Of a stretch of 64,000 nt of DNA, positions 1 to 8,978 are shown one piece after another; position 1 is the first letter of the stretch; every line of letters begins with the position of its first letter. The translations under genes were made by a program, and so were the position numbers. The DNA comes from Candidatus Fraserbacteria bacterium (GTDB taxonomy: Bacteria; Bipolaricaulota; Bipolaricaulia; RBG-16-55-9; JAJCYT01), in the NCBI GenBank assembly GCA_029262795.1, contig JAJCYT010000018.1:103982-167981 (forward strand). The letters are read 5' to 3'. Below the pieces are notes generated by a model that was not told where the DNA came from, did not search any database, and saw nothing but the letters and a program-made list of their open reading frames with translations.

Positions 1-839
1 TGAAAAAATGAGCTGAATGCAGCCGCGTTGACGGCGTAATCCATATCCGCATCTTTAAGCACAATCAACGGATCTTTGCCGCCCAGTTCCAGCGCGATTC
101 GTTTAAGATGTGTTCCCGCTTTTTCTGCAAGCTTACGCCCTGTTGCGGTGGAGCCTGTAAAGCTGATGCGTTTGACCGCAGGGTGTGAAATCATCATATC
201 GCCCACAGCTTCGACATCATCACGCGAACAAGTGACGACATTGAGAACACCTGGAGGCAATTTTACTTCTTCAAACACTTTGGCCAGCAGAGTGCCTCCC
301 CCCATCGGTGTTTCCTCAGAAGGCTTTAAAATCACTGTATTTCCATAAGCCAGTGCAAAAGCCACACCACGCATAGATAATAGCAAAGGAAAATTCCAAG
401 GAGAGATCACGCCCACCACACCCACAGGTTGACGCAGCACCATATTTGTTTTTCCTGGCACATTGGAAGGCAACACTTCTCCACCCACTTGAACGGCATG
501 GGAAGCGGCTTCCCGCAGAATGGCTGATGCTTTGCCGGTTTCAAACATGGCTTTACGGAAGATGGAACCACCTTCTTCAATCAGAATTTGAGCCCACTGC
601 GGCTGTTTGGCTTCAAACACATCAGCAGCTTTTAAAAGATACTTGGCACGTTCCGTATGAGGGGTGGCACGCCACGACATTCGGGCGGCGTGGGCGGCTT
701 CGATGGCTTGCTTCATATCGTCCGCACTGCCAGCGGCAGATTCAGAAAATGCCTGCTGCGTGGCAGGGTTGAAGTTTTCAAACGTTTTGCCGGAGGAGGC
801 GTTGGTCCATTCACCATTGATATAAAGCTGCTCTGCCAT
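1..839 (-). CDS. aldehyde dehydrogenase family protein, N-terminal part (3' end lies beyond window edge)
   Basis: Not in the ORF track because it is edge-truncated. My translation of the minus strand from ATG 839..837 gives MAEQLYINGEWTNASSGKTFENFNPATQQ...LRQPVGVVGVISPWNFPL...FTGSTATGRKLAEKAGTHLKRIALELGGKDP. These are typical ALDH motifs. An AAGGAAAGG RBS lies just upstream. Confidence 0.85.
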   Translation of the reverse strand, partial: MAEQLYINGEWTNASSGKTFENFNPATQQAFSESAAGSADDMKQAIEAAHAARMSWRATPHTERAKYLLKAADVFEAKQPQWAQILIEEGGSIFRKAMFETGKASAILREAASHAVQVGGEVLPSNVPGKTNMVLRQPVGVVGVISPWNFPLLLSMRGVAFALAYGNTVILKPSEETPMGGGTLLAKVFEEVKLPPGVLNVVTCSRDDVEAVGDMMISHPAVKRISFTGSTATGRKLAEKAGTHLKRIALELGGKDPLIVLKDADMDYAVNAAAFSSFF

Positions 840-854
840 GAAAAAACCTTTCCT

Positions 855-2309
855 TTAGAGTACGGATTTGCCGATCATCGCCTGTTGCGTCTGATCCAAA
901 TTGACCACCACGTTTTTGATCGTGGTCATTTCCTCCATTGCATAGCGCACGCCTTCGCGCCCATAGCCACTGCGCTTGACGCCGCCAAACGGCATGTGAT
1001 CCGTGCGGTACACAGAAGAATCATTAATAAACACATTGCCTGTTTGCAAATGTTGGATCGCCGCAAAGGCTCGATCAATGTTGTTTGTAAAAAGCCCACA
1101 GGCCAAACCAAAGGCAGATGCATTAACATAATCCACCGCTTGTTGAAGGTCCTTCACCTTCGTCACGGTAACAATGGGCGCAAACACTTCGGTGCAGAGA
1201 ATTTTATTATCTTGTGCTACATTGGCAAGGATGGTGGGCTCAAAGAAACTGCCATCTCGTTTGCCGCCACACAACACTTCCGCGCCACTGGCAACAGCTT
1301 CTGTCAACAATTTTTCAGCCCGAATGGCTGAGGCTTCGTCAATCATGGGGCCAATATCGGTTTCAGGGTCAAGCGGATCGCCGAGCTTGGGCCGTCCTGC
1401 CCCTTGAACGAATGCGGGAATAAATTTATCCGCAATGTTTTCATGAACATAAAATCGCTGTGCCTGCAAACAAACCTGACCTGCATAAGCAAATGCCCCC
1501 ATCACAGAAGCTGGCAAGGCGCGCTCTAAATTCGCATCTTCATCAATGATGACCGCAGAGTTGTCACCCAACTCCATCAACAATTTCTTCAGGCCAGCTT
1601 GTGACTGAATGATCTCGCCAACCTTATCGCTGCCTGTAAACGCAATCATGGCAACATCAGGATGCTGCACCAAGGCTTGCCCCACATCGGCTTCACCAAG
1701 CACCACATTGAACACGCCTTCGGGCAGTCCGGCTTCCTCCATTAATTGAGCAAGATAAAGTGATGTTAATGGCGTTTGTGGCGCAGGTTTGTGAACCACC
1801 GTATTGCCTGCCGCGAGTGCTGGACCCACTTTATGAGCGACGAGATTGAGTGGAAAATTAAATGCGGTGATCGTGCCAATGACGCCCACGGGTTGACGAA
1901 GGAAAAAACCAAAGCGACCTTCTGAACCAACAGCGGCATCGAGTGGTACGGTTTCGCCATGCAATCGCTTTGCTTCTTCGGCAGAAAATTGAAACGTCTG
2001 TGCGCTGCGCATGATTTCAATGGTCGCACTTTTTAACGATTTTCCCGCTTCCTGTGCAATAAGCTTGGAAAGTTCATCCTGGTGCTGTCGAATTAATTCT
2101 GCGGTCTTATTCAAGAATTCAAACCGCTTGTAGGCAGGTAAAGCGGCATAGGCAGGAAACGCTTTTTGTGCGGCACTCACGGCATCGTTGACAGAATCAG
2201 GCGTGCCTTTGGCAATTTCAGCGATGACTTCGCCATTGTAGGGGTTGGTCACGGCCTGGGTTTCATGGGTGCCTGACCATTGCCCCCCAATGAATTGAGT
2301 CGTTTTCAT
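855..2309 (-). CDS. aldehyde dehydrogenase family protein
   Basis: Track ORF 855..2324. ALDH motifs present: FNFPLNL, FTGSDKVG, ELGDNS, and the catalytic-Cys region AGQVCLQAQR. A GGAGG lies 8 nt upstream of the internal ATG at 2309 (MKTTQFIGGQW), so I prefer that start. Confidence 0.9.
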   Translation of the reverse strand: MKTTQFIGGQWSGTHETQAVTNPYNGEVIAEIAKGTPDSVNDAVSAAQKAFPAYAALPAYKRFEFLNKTAELIRQHQDELSKLIAQEAGKSLKSATIEIMRSAQTFQFSAEEAKRLHGETVPLDAAVGSEGRFGFFLRQPVGVIGTITAFNFPLNLVAHKVGPALAAGNTVVHKPAPQTPLTSLYLAQLMEEAGLPEGVFNVVLGEADVGQALVQHPDVAMIAFTGSDKVGEIIQSQAGLKKLLMELGDNSAVIIDEDANLERALPASVMGAFAYAGQVCLQAQRFYVHENIADKFIPAFVQGAGRPKLGDPLDPETDIGPMIDEASAIRAEKLLTEAVASGAEVLCGGKRDGSFFEPTILANVAQDNKILCTEVFAPIVTVTKVKDLQQAVDYVNASAFGLACGLFTNNIDRAFAAIQHLQTGNVFINDSSVYRTDHMPFGGVKRSGYGREGVRYAMEEMTTIKNVVVNLDQTQQAMIGKSVL

Positions 2310-2332
2310 AAAAAAGCCCTCCATCCAGTTTT

Positions 2333-2521
2333 TTATTCTTCAATCAATTTAAGCGGATCAGAGATATGCAGCGATAACATTTCGACGCAGGCCATGATGC
2401 GCTCAGCATTTTTCTCTGCGGCAGGCATGCCATGTTCTATCGCCAAAGACTTGAGCCGTTCGGTCGCTTCGCGAATTTCCATCAATTCCTGATCCAAAGC
2501 TTTTAAATCATTTCGATTCAT
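2333..2521 (-). CDS. hypothetical 62-aa helical protein, translationally coupled to the upstream ligase
   Basis: Its ATG overlaps the ligase stop codon (ATGA at 2518..2521). The charged helical sequence MNRNDLKALDQELMEIREATERLKSLAIEH is not low-complexity. I recognised no family. Confidence 0.5.
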   Translation of the reverse strand: MNRNDLKALDQELMEIREATERLKSLAIEHGMPAAEKNAERIMACVEMLSLHISDPLKLIEE

Positions 2522-3858
2522 GCGTGTGTCCTCAGATCTTGAAATCGTTTTGCTTTCACTTCAAATCGCGGCAGTGTGCCCAGGGGAACCAATTCTAAAT
2601 TAAACCGCAGCCCAGACGTTAAGCGCAATTCCTGAAGCAAATGTGTTTCGAGTTCCGGTGTGATTTGAATATTTTCTTTGAGTTCAGCTTTGAGCGTGAT
2701 TTCATCCAGCACCCCTTTTTTCTCGACCACCACTTGAAATTCATCACCCAGCTGATCAACCGCTCGCACCACTGCTTCTACAGAGGTTGGCGAAAACAAC
2801 ACGCCACGAACCTTGGTCAAATCGTCCCGACGCCCAAGCACACCGCCTTTGAGTCGGGCAAAAGTGCGTCCGCATTCACAAGGTTCATCCGAGAACAAGG
2901 CCATGTCTTTGAGCGTAAATCGCAAGTAGGGCTGCGCCTGACGATCCAGTGGCGTAATGATCAGTTCGCCTTCTTCACCAGAATCAACCGGCTCTCCCGT
3001 ATCAGGGTCAAGAATTTCAACCAGAAAAAATGCTTCATTGATGTGCAGGTCACTGGGTTCTTTCAAGCAGCCAAACCCCCAAGCGCCACCTTCTGTGGCA
3101 CCTGCATGATCAAACACTTTGGCCCCCCAATAATTTTCCAATCGATTCTTGGTGGCAGGAATGGATGCCCCCGGCTCTCCGGCACACACCATTTTGTTGA
3201 CGTTGAAATCCGCGAGCTTGAGCCCCATGTCTTCGGCCACTTCGGCCATGTGCAATCCATAAGTGGGTGTGCATAAAACAGCAGTGGCTTCCAATTCCTG
3301 AAGCTTTAACAGTCGATCTTGCGTTGAAAGGCCACCACCAGCCACCACTTCGCAACCAATTTTTTCACAAGCATAATGGCCAGCCCAAAAGGCGACAAAA
3401 ACGCCGTAAGAAAAGGGAATAAAAACACGATCATTGGGTCGGAACCCTTGCGCCCAAAGGAAGGTGGCCCAGCATTCGATCCACCACTCCCAGTCTTCGC
3501 GGGAGTCTGCCTGGCGAATCGGCTTGCCCGTTGTGCCAGAGGTTTGATGATAGGTGGCAACACGATCTGTAGGAACAGCCAGACAAGGGCCGTAAGGAAA
3601 ATTTTCAGAATTGCTTTGCAGTTGCTGGAGTTCTTCTTTAGTGGTAACAGGGATACGTCGAATATCAGCGAGGGTTTGAATTTGATCCGGGTGAACGCCT
3701 GCCTGATCCAGTTTTTCTCTGTAAAAAGCGGATTGTTCGTACATCCGATGCAACTGTCGTTTAAACTTTGCAAGCTGAAGTTTTTTCAAATCGGCTCTGG
3801 ATAACGATTCCAGAACAGGATTCCAGTAAAGAGATTCGGTCAAGACAACCTCCACCAC
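2518..3858 (-). CDS. phenylacetate-CoA ligase-like (PaaK / coenzyme F390 synthetase family) adenylate-forming enzyme
   Basis: 446 aa. AMP-binding loop TSGTTGKP. The N-terminus (YWNP..LSRADLKKLQLAKFKRQL..FYREKL) follows the PaaK-family pattern. GTG start. Confidence 0.8.
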   Translation of the reverse strand: MVEVVLTESLYWNPVLESLSRADLKKLQLAKFKRQLHRMYEQSAFYREKLDQAGVHPDQIQTLADIRRIPVTTKEELQQLQSNSENFPYGPCLAVPTDRVATYHQTSGTTGKPIRQADSREDWEWWIECWATFLWAQGFRPNDRVFIPFSYGVFVAFWAGHYACEKIGCEVVAGGGLSTQDRLLKLQELEATAVLCTPTYGLHMAEVAEDMGLKLADFNVNKMVCAGEPGASIPATKNRLENYWGAKVFDHAGATEGGAWGFGCLKEPSDLHINEAFFLVEILDPDTGEPVDSGEEGELIITPLDRQAQPYLRFTLKDMALFSDEPCECGRTFARLKGGVLGRRDDLTKVRGVLFSPTSVEAVVRAVDQLGDEFQVVVEKKGVLDEITLKAELKENIQITPELETHLLQELRLTSGLRFNLELVPLGTLPRFEVKAKRFQDLRTHA

Positions 3859-3864
3859 ACTTTT

Positions 3865-4536
3865 TTAATTTTCTCCAGACGTGTCTTTGATCCAATCACA
3901 AAGTTGATCTGAGCTTGCCAGTTTTGCATACACAGCACCGAGCTTGGTGAGTGTGAAACGTTGAACATCCTCCGCGCTAAAAGCGCCATACCCCACATCT
4001 GGAAGTGGGAGTGCAGCAACCCCATCGGTCACCAACAGGGGAATGATATCACGAAAAAAGGCTGCTCTTACGGTCGATTCACAACACACTTGTGTGACTG
4101 TGCCGGCAATTATCAATGATTCCAATTTCAGTTCTTTCAGAATTAATTCCAATTCAGTGCCATGAAACGCATTATGGCGTTGTTTAAAAAACACAACATC
4201 GCCTGACTGAGGTTGCAACTCAGGATGAATTTCCACGCCTGGCGTGCCCTGCACCAATGCTTTTCGATCCCAGATAGGTTCGCGATAACGACCAGTGAGG
4301 CCCATATCTGAGCCATCTTTTCGATGCGCGTGAACAGCATAAATCACGGGCACTTGACGCTCACGGCAAGCTGCTGCCAATCTTTTGATGCGAGGCACAA
4401 TTTCTGCGCTCGTTGGCACAAACATACCGCCGCTTTCGTGAGAAAAGTCGACATTCATGTCCACAATCAATAAACCTGTTTTTTCCAGGTCCAGTGATGA
4501 CAGATGTATTTTTTCGGTAAAAGGAAGAATTTTCAT
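3865..4536 (-). CDS. isochorismatase-family cysteine hydrolase
   Basis: 223 aa. Asp/Lys/Cys triad context: LLIVDMNVDF, FFKQRHNAF, IAGTVTQVCCESTVRAA. Confidence 0.8.
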   Translation of the reverse strand: MKILPFTEKIHLSSLDLEKTGLLIVDMNVDFSHESGGMFVPTSAEIVPRIKRLAAACRERQVPVIYAVHAHRKDGSDMGLTGRYREPIWDRKALVQGTPGVEIHPELQPQSGDVVFFKQRHNAFHGTELELILKELKLESLIIAGTVTQVCCESTVRAAFFRDIIPLLVTDGVAALPLPDVGYGAFSAEDVQRFTLTKLGAVYAKLASSDQLCDWIKDTSGEN

Positions 4537-4610
4537 GGTTCTTTATCAAAGAAGAAAACAAAGCGGAAAGAGAAAATCTCTTTCCGCTTTGTCAATCATA
4601 TTTTGTCTGT

Positions 4611-5843
4611 TTAGCTTAAATCGCAAGGTCCGCCAACAGCAACATCGATAGGCACTTCCACATCTGGAATGGTGTCAATCACAATGTTCAATGGAGGCGC
4701 ATCGCCTTCTTGTGCTTGTGTTTCACGCACATAGATGTTGGTAATTGGATCATGCGTGGCCGAATAGGACAATGGGCCGCGTGGACTGTCGAGGTCCAAG
4801 TTTTCAATGGCATTCACCACAGCAGCCACATCTGATGTGTCGCCACTCACTGCTTCAGTTGCCATTAAAGCCGTTCGTGCAAAGTCATAGGCCATCATGG
4901 CATAGAAGCTTGGACCTGTTGGGCGTCCATAAGCGGCAGCATAAGCATCTCTGAATTCAACATTGGCCGGAATGCTGATATCTTCAGGGCCATAGTTTAA
5001 GGAACTAAAGGCACCTACAGCAGCACTGCCCATGGCTGGCAAGAACAAGTTGACAAAACTTGATCCCAGACCGGTCAATTTGACATCCTCTTTCAAACCA
5101 AACTCTTCGAATTGTTTGACAAAACTAATGCCGTTTCCACCTGGAACAAAGGTGAACATGGCTTGTGGAAGGACTTCAATAACATCTGTCAGGAATGGGG
5201 CAAAATCAGATGTACCCAACGGTGGCAAGCCTTCGCCAACAATGGTCCCGCCAGCCGCTTCAAAACCTTCGCGGAACTGGGCTGCGGTACTGTTGCCAAA
5301 CACATAGTTGTTCACGAAAATATAAACTTCGTCAGCCACATTTTCCTTCACCCAAGGGCCAAATGCGTTGGACAACGCAAAGGTGTTCACGCCCGCAAAA
5401 ACCTGCGGAGAACAAAGCCCTTCAACGGTTGGGCTTGCACCAGCGCCCGTGGTTGGGATAAACCAAATGGCGCGGCTTTCCAAGACACGATCACGCATGG
5501 CAGCGGTCACTGCAGAGCTGATTGGACCAATAATGAAATCCACATCGTCATCAGCAAGCACTTTTTCAGCTTTTTCCAAACCGGTTGAAGGGTCAGTCCC
5601 TGTATCCTCAATGATGAGATTGACGCCTCGGCCAGCAGCTTCTGCACCGTCTAAAACCAATTGCGCACCACGAATAGCTTCGCCGCCAGGACCGGCAAAA
5701 GAACCACTCTGAGGCAACAACAAAGCAACATTCAATGTACCTTGACCCAATACACGCCAACCTGAACCTAAAGCCAGGGTTGTGGCCCCTGCCGTTAACC
5801 CGGCTTTCTTAAGAAACGCCCTCCTCGAAAGTGACAGCTTCAT
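4611..5843 (-). CDS. ABC transporter substrate-binding protein, LivJ/branched-chain-amino-acid type, Tat signal
   Basis: 410 aa. Twin-arginine signal MKLSLSRRAFLKKAGLTAGATTLALG. The overall Peripla_BP_6-like sequence pattern is LLPQSGSFAGPGGEAIRGAQL. Confidence 0.75.
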   Translation of the reverse strand: MKLSLSRRAFLKKAGLTAGATTLALGSGWRVLGQGTLNVALLLPQSGSFAGPGGEAIRGAQLVLDGAEAAGRGVNLIIEDTGTDPSTGLEKAEKVLADDDVDFIIGPISSAVTAAMRDRVLESRAIWFIPTTGAGASPTVEGLCSPQVFAGVNTFALSNAFGPWVKENVADEVYIFVNNYVFGNSTAAQFREGFEAAGGTIVGEGLPPLGTSDFAPFLTDVIEVLPQAMFTFVPGGNGISFVKQFEEFGLKEDVKLTGLGSSFVNLFLPAMGSAAVGAFSSLNYGPEDISIPANVEFRDAYAAAYGRPTGPSFYAMMAYDFARTALMATEAVSGDTSDVAAVVNAIENLDLDSPRGPLSYSATHDPITNIYVRETQAQEGDAPPLNIVIDTIPDVEVPIDVAVGGPCDLS

Positions 5844-6637
5844 ATATCTCTCCTTCGTTTTTAAATTTCAATAATGCCTCTTATTGTTGGCTATCCTCCT
5901 TTCACAATAAAAAACTGTTGCATAAAATGCTTCGTAAAGATTTGGCACTGGCTCAATTTAGAAAACAGGAGATTTTTAGAACTTACTTGATAAAAGAAAA
6001 GGTAGGATAAATCTGGCAAGAGCGCGCCAGCAAGATACTTTGTTTGTAAAATATTTTTTCTATGAATGACGCCCTCCTTATAAACAATTATACCGATTCA
6101 AAAGATGATGTTAATGGACCTTGTTAAAATTTATTGCTTGCTATGGTAACCATTGCATATGTTTCAGCGAATTATTTTTCACCATTTAGAACTGTTGGTT
6201 ACCGAACTTTATTCATATAACCCTTCAAACACATGCCAACTTTCAACAAACAAAACTTCAAACCAATTCAGGATATTCAACACCATCTGCCTGACTATGC
6301 AATAAGATATCACTTTTTCCCAAAAAAATACAAATCAAAGCCAAAGACATCCAGAATAAAGATACCATGCATGAATAAAATTGAAGAAATGATACCAAGT
6401 CAACTGTTGGTCACCCTAAAGGGTAACCAATGGGTTTCAACAATAATAATCTCATGAAGACCAAATTTGACAAGAATCTTTAGTAAAGCCTTAAAATGGC
6501 CATGTTTTATGTGCTTCAAGGCTTGCGAATGTTGTTTTCTCAGCAACCTCAGACAGGTGAAAACATCAGAAGGTTCTGAAACCATACATCCATTCTAATG
6601 TATCTGCATGATTAGAAAAGACAGTTGAAAAGGGCGG

Positions 6638-6678
6638 CACTGAAAAGAAGCTGAACCTGACATGGCTTCTTTTCAGTG
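6638..6678 (-). terminator. rho-independent terminator candidate downstream of the CBS/USP genes
   Basis: Perfect 14-bp stem: CACTGAAAAGAAGC (6638..6651) pairs with GCTTCTTTTCAGTG (6665..6678), with a 13-nt loop. It starts 11 nt after the stop of the 6689..7351 gene. T-runs follow the hairpin on both strands. Confidence 0.65.
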
Positions 6679-6688
6679 GCGGTTTGTT

Positions 6689-7351
6689 TTAATTTCTCGC
6701 ATCCAGAATACAGACCCCATTCTTTTTAAGATCCTCCACAATGGGCTGGTACTCGTAACCATCAATACGCAACACAACCACATTTGTATGATCATCTCCG
6801 TTGACCGTCTGTTGATGGTTTTCGCTCGTGATCGTGCTGAGCACGTGGATGCCGTGTTTTTTAAACAGTCCCAGCACAGGGGCCAACGCATCCGGCTCGT
6901 TGGGCAGGGCCAGCGTAAGACGCGCGCCTTCTTTAAACACACCAAGTGCATTGAGCAGGATTTTGAACAGGTCGGACTCTGTGATGATGCCTACCAGTTG
7001 ATCGTGATCCATCACCGGCAGCCCACTCACCTTGCGTTCACGCATAATGAGGGCGGCATTTTCGACAGCGTCATCGGGCGAGATCACACTCAAATCAGCG
7101 CGGCGGGTCATCACATCCTTGACGCAGGTTTTGGCCAACAGGTAATTCAACTCCCACATATTCAGGCTGTTGGCATCGGAGGGGCCGGCTTCCTGAATAT
7201 CACCTTCAGTCACCATACCGGCCAATTGGCCATGCTTGAGTACGGGCAAGCGTCGAATACAGTTTTCCTTCATCAGGTTTCGTGCTTCTAAAATGGGCGT
7301 GTCCTGATCCACTGTGATGACCTCTTGTGTCATCCACATTTTAACAAACAT
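6689..7351 (-). CDS. CBS-pair plus ACT-like domain protein (AcuB-like)
   Basis: 220 aa. Two CBS motifs are present (MTQEVITVDQDTPILEARNLMKENCIRRLPVL; DVMTRRADLSVISPDDAVENAALIMRERKVSGLPVM). A C-terminal ACT-like beta-alpha-beta segment follows. Confidence 0.75.
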   Translation of the reverse strand: MFVKMWMTQEVITVDQDTPILEARNLMKENCIRRLPVLKHGQLAGMVTEGDIQEAGPSDANSLNMWELNYLLAKTCVKDVMTRRADLSVISPDDAVENAALIMRERKVSGLPVMDHDQLVGIITESDLFKILLNALGVFKEGARLTLALPNEPDALAPVLGLFKKHGIHVLSTITSENHQQTVNGDDHTNVVVLRIDGYEYQPIVEDLKKNGVCILDARN

Positions 7352-7381
7352 GGTTCACCTCTTCTTGAATCAAACGCTCAG

Positions 7382-7897
7382 TTATTCCTCTTTAGATGTT
7401 GCATATGCGTTCACAGCCACATACGCCTCGACTTGTTGAGGGGCCAGATGCTTGGCAACAGGCATCACCAGCACAGGGCACGTTGCTGCTTCCAAGACGC
7501 CCCTGGACACGCTGCCCAAGGCTCTGAGTTTTTCCAATCCGTGAAGCCCTTCGAATCCCATCACAATCAGATCGGCTTCGAGCTCCTCTGCCAGTGACAA
7601 AACCTGCTCGGTGGGATGCCCCACACGCCCGACGATGTCATGATCAATGCCTTGTTCATGTAAGATTTTTGCCGCATCTTCGGCAATCTTGGCAGCCCGT
7701 TGCTCGGCATTGGTCAGCAAAAAAGGTGCGCCAATGGTTTCTTGATTGAGGTGATCGCACAACACTTGATAGTCCTCTTCTGACATCACATGGCAGACCG
7801 TAATGGCGGCATGCATCATCTCTGCGAGTTCGCCAGCTGCCTCAACCACAATCTGCTTCAGCGCATCGCGTTCGACTGCTGCCAGGATGTGTTTCAT
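7382..7897 (-). CDS. universal stress protein (UspA family)
   Basis: 171 aa. The C-terminal ATP-binding-type motif is MGFEGLHGLEKLRALGSVSRGVLEAATCPVLVMP. Confidence 0.8.
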   Translation of the reverse strand: MKHILAAVERDALKQIVVEAAGELAEMMHAAITVCHVMSEEDYQVLCDHLNQETIGAPFLLTNAEQRAAKIAEDAAKILHEQGIDHDIVGRVGHPTEQVLSLAEELEADLIVMGFEGLHGLEKLRALGSVSRGVLEAATCPVLVMPVAKHLAPQQVEAYVAVNAYATSKEE

Positions 7898-8142
7898 GAT
7901 CCCTCCTTTTAAAGCTGATGACGCTTTCCTCAGTTCATTGAATCAGGCAACGGGCTTGAAAGACATGACAAAAATCAATTCGAAGCCTGATGTTGATCAT
8001 GCATGTTCAAGCAGTGAGGTTGACGATGGTTTTGCAGCAGCTTCGGCTCAGTGACATCGCCCTGATCAAGCGCAACGCTGAAACAGGTCTTTTCAGTGGT
8101 TAGCAGAGATCTGTGTTTTATCGATATATTCACCAAAAACTA

Positions 8143-8172
8143 TTGACAAACGCTTTTTAACTGTGTTAAGAT
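8143..8172 (+). promoter_or_regulatory. sigma70-type promoter candidate for the GntR-headed operon
   Basis: TTGACA (8143..8148), an 18-nt spacer, then an extended -10 TGtTAAGAT (8164..8172). It lies about 85 nt upstream of the 8258 start. Confidence 0.4.
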
Positions 8173-8257
8173 CAAATTGGTCTGATATCTGCCAGCTTGA
8201 TATTCAGCTTTCTGAAAATAATAACCAAATTAACAGCATCAAAAGCAGGAGACCAAG

Positions 8258-8959
8258 TTGCCATTGCAAAAACTGGAACACGAAAAACGTTATCTGTACG
8301 TGCTGGATCAATTGGTAAAATTGATCAAGAACGACGGTTATGAAGTTGGAGATAAACTCCCTCCTGAACGTCGTATTGCTGAATCCACAGGCGTGAGTCG
8401 ATCTTCCGTTCGAGAGGCGTTGGCCGTGCTTGAGGTTTCAGGCATCATTGACGTTCGTGTGGGGGATGGCATTTATGTAAAAAGCGCTTCGCTGCGCGAT
8501 TTAGATGTCCATTCTTCAATCAGAAGCCCTTTTGAGTTAATCGAGCTGCGCATGTGTTTGGAAAGCAAGGTGGCTGGCCTGGCTGCGCAGCGACGTTCTA
8601 ATCAGATGTTGGAAGAGCTGCAGGCCATTTTGGACAAAATGGAAGAAATTGCCAAAGCAGGTGACACCGAATCCTATAAAGGATTAGATCAACGATTCCA
8701 CAACACAGTGGCAGCTTGCACCGACAATGAAGCCATCGAACAACAGACGGTGAAGTTGGTTCAACATCTGTATCAGCCCATCTGGCTGGCCTTAATCAAA
8801 GTGTATCTTTCCAAAGAAGAATTAGGCGGCATGCTCGATTCACTCGATGAACATCAACGCATTTTTGATGCCATTGTTCACCAGGATGTGGCTGAAGCCG
8901 AAACCGCCATGTGGGAGCATTTGGCCCGAGTGCAAGAGCGATTTACTGGAGAAGTTTAA
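8258..8959 (+). CDS. GntR-family transcriptional regulator (FadR/FCD subfamily)
   Basis: 233 aa. The winged-HTH is GDKLPPERRIAESTGVSRSSVREALAVLEVSGIIDVRVGDGIYV. The C-terminus is an all-helical FCD-like domain. TTG start. Confidence 0.85.
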   Translation: MPLQKLEHEKRYLYVLDQLVKLIKNDGYEVGDKLPPERRIAESTGVSRSSVREALAVLEVSGIIDVRVGDGIYVKSASLRDLDVHSSIRSPFELIELRMCLESKVAGLAAQRRSNQMLEELQAILDKMEEIAKAGDTESYKGLDQRFHNTVAACTDNEAIEQQTVKLVQHLYQPIWLALIKVYLSKEELGGMLDSLDEHQRIFDAIVHQDVAEAETAMWEHLARVQERFTGEV

Positions 8960-8978
8960 CACAATTACGGAGGTTGGT

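Noticed and set aside
657-1331. Long ORFs antisense to confidently assigned genes. Examples: 657..1331(+), 2641..3276(+), 9117..9815(-), 11770..12483(-), 23404..23982(-), 28602..29357(-), 35619..36128(+), 13046..13528(-), 18498..18989(-).
   Set aside because: Each lies fully inside a gene with clear family motifs on the other strand. Their translations are low-complexity or Arg/His/Gln-biased, have no RBS and match no motif. I treat them as shadow ORFs.
5943-5960. TGGCAC at 5943..5948 as a sigma54 -24 element.
   Set aside because: No GC/TTGC -12 element occurs at the required spacing (TGGCAC-TGGCT-CAAT). It is also on the wrong strand for the only gene it could serve.
8847-8978. 5' extension of the M28 peptidase ORF overlapping the end of gntR.
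   Set aside because: The extension has no peptidase or signal features. The in-frame ATG at 8979 has a GGAGG RBS and starts just after the gntR stop.
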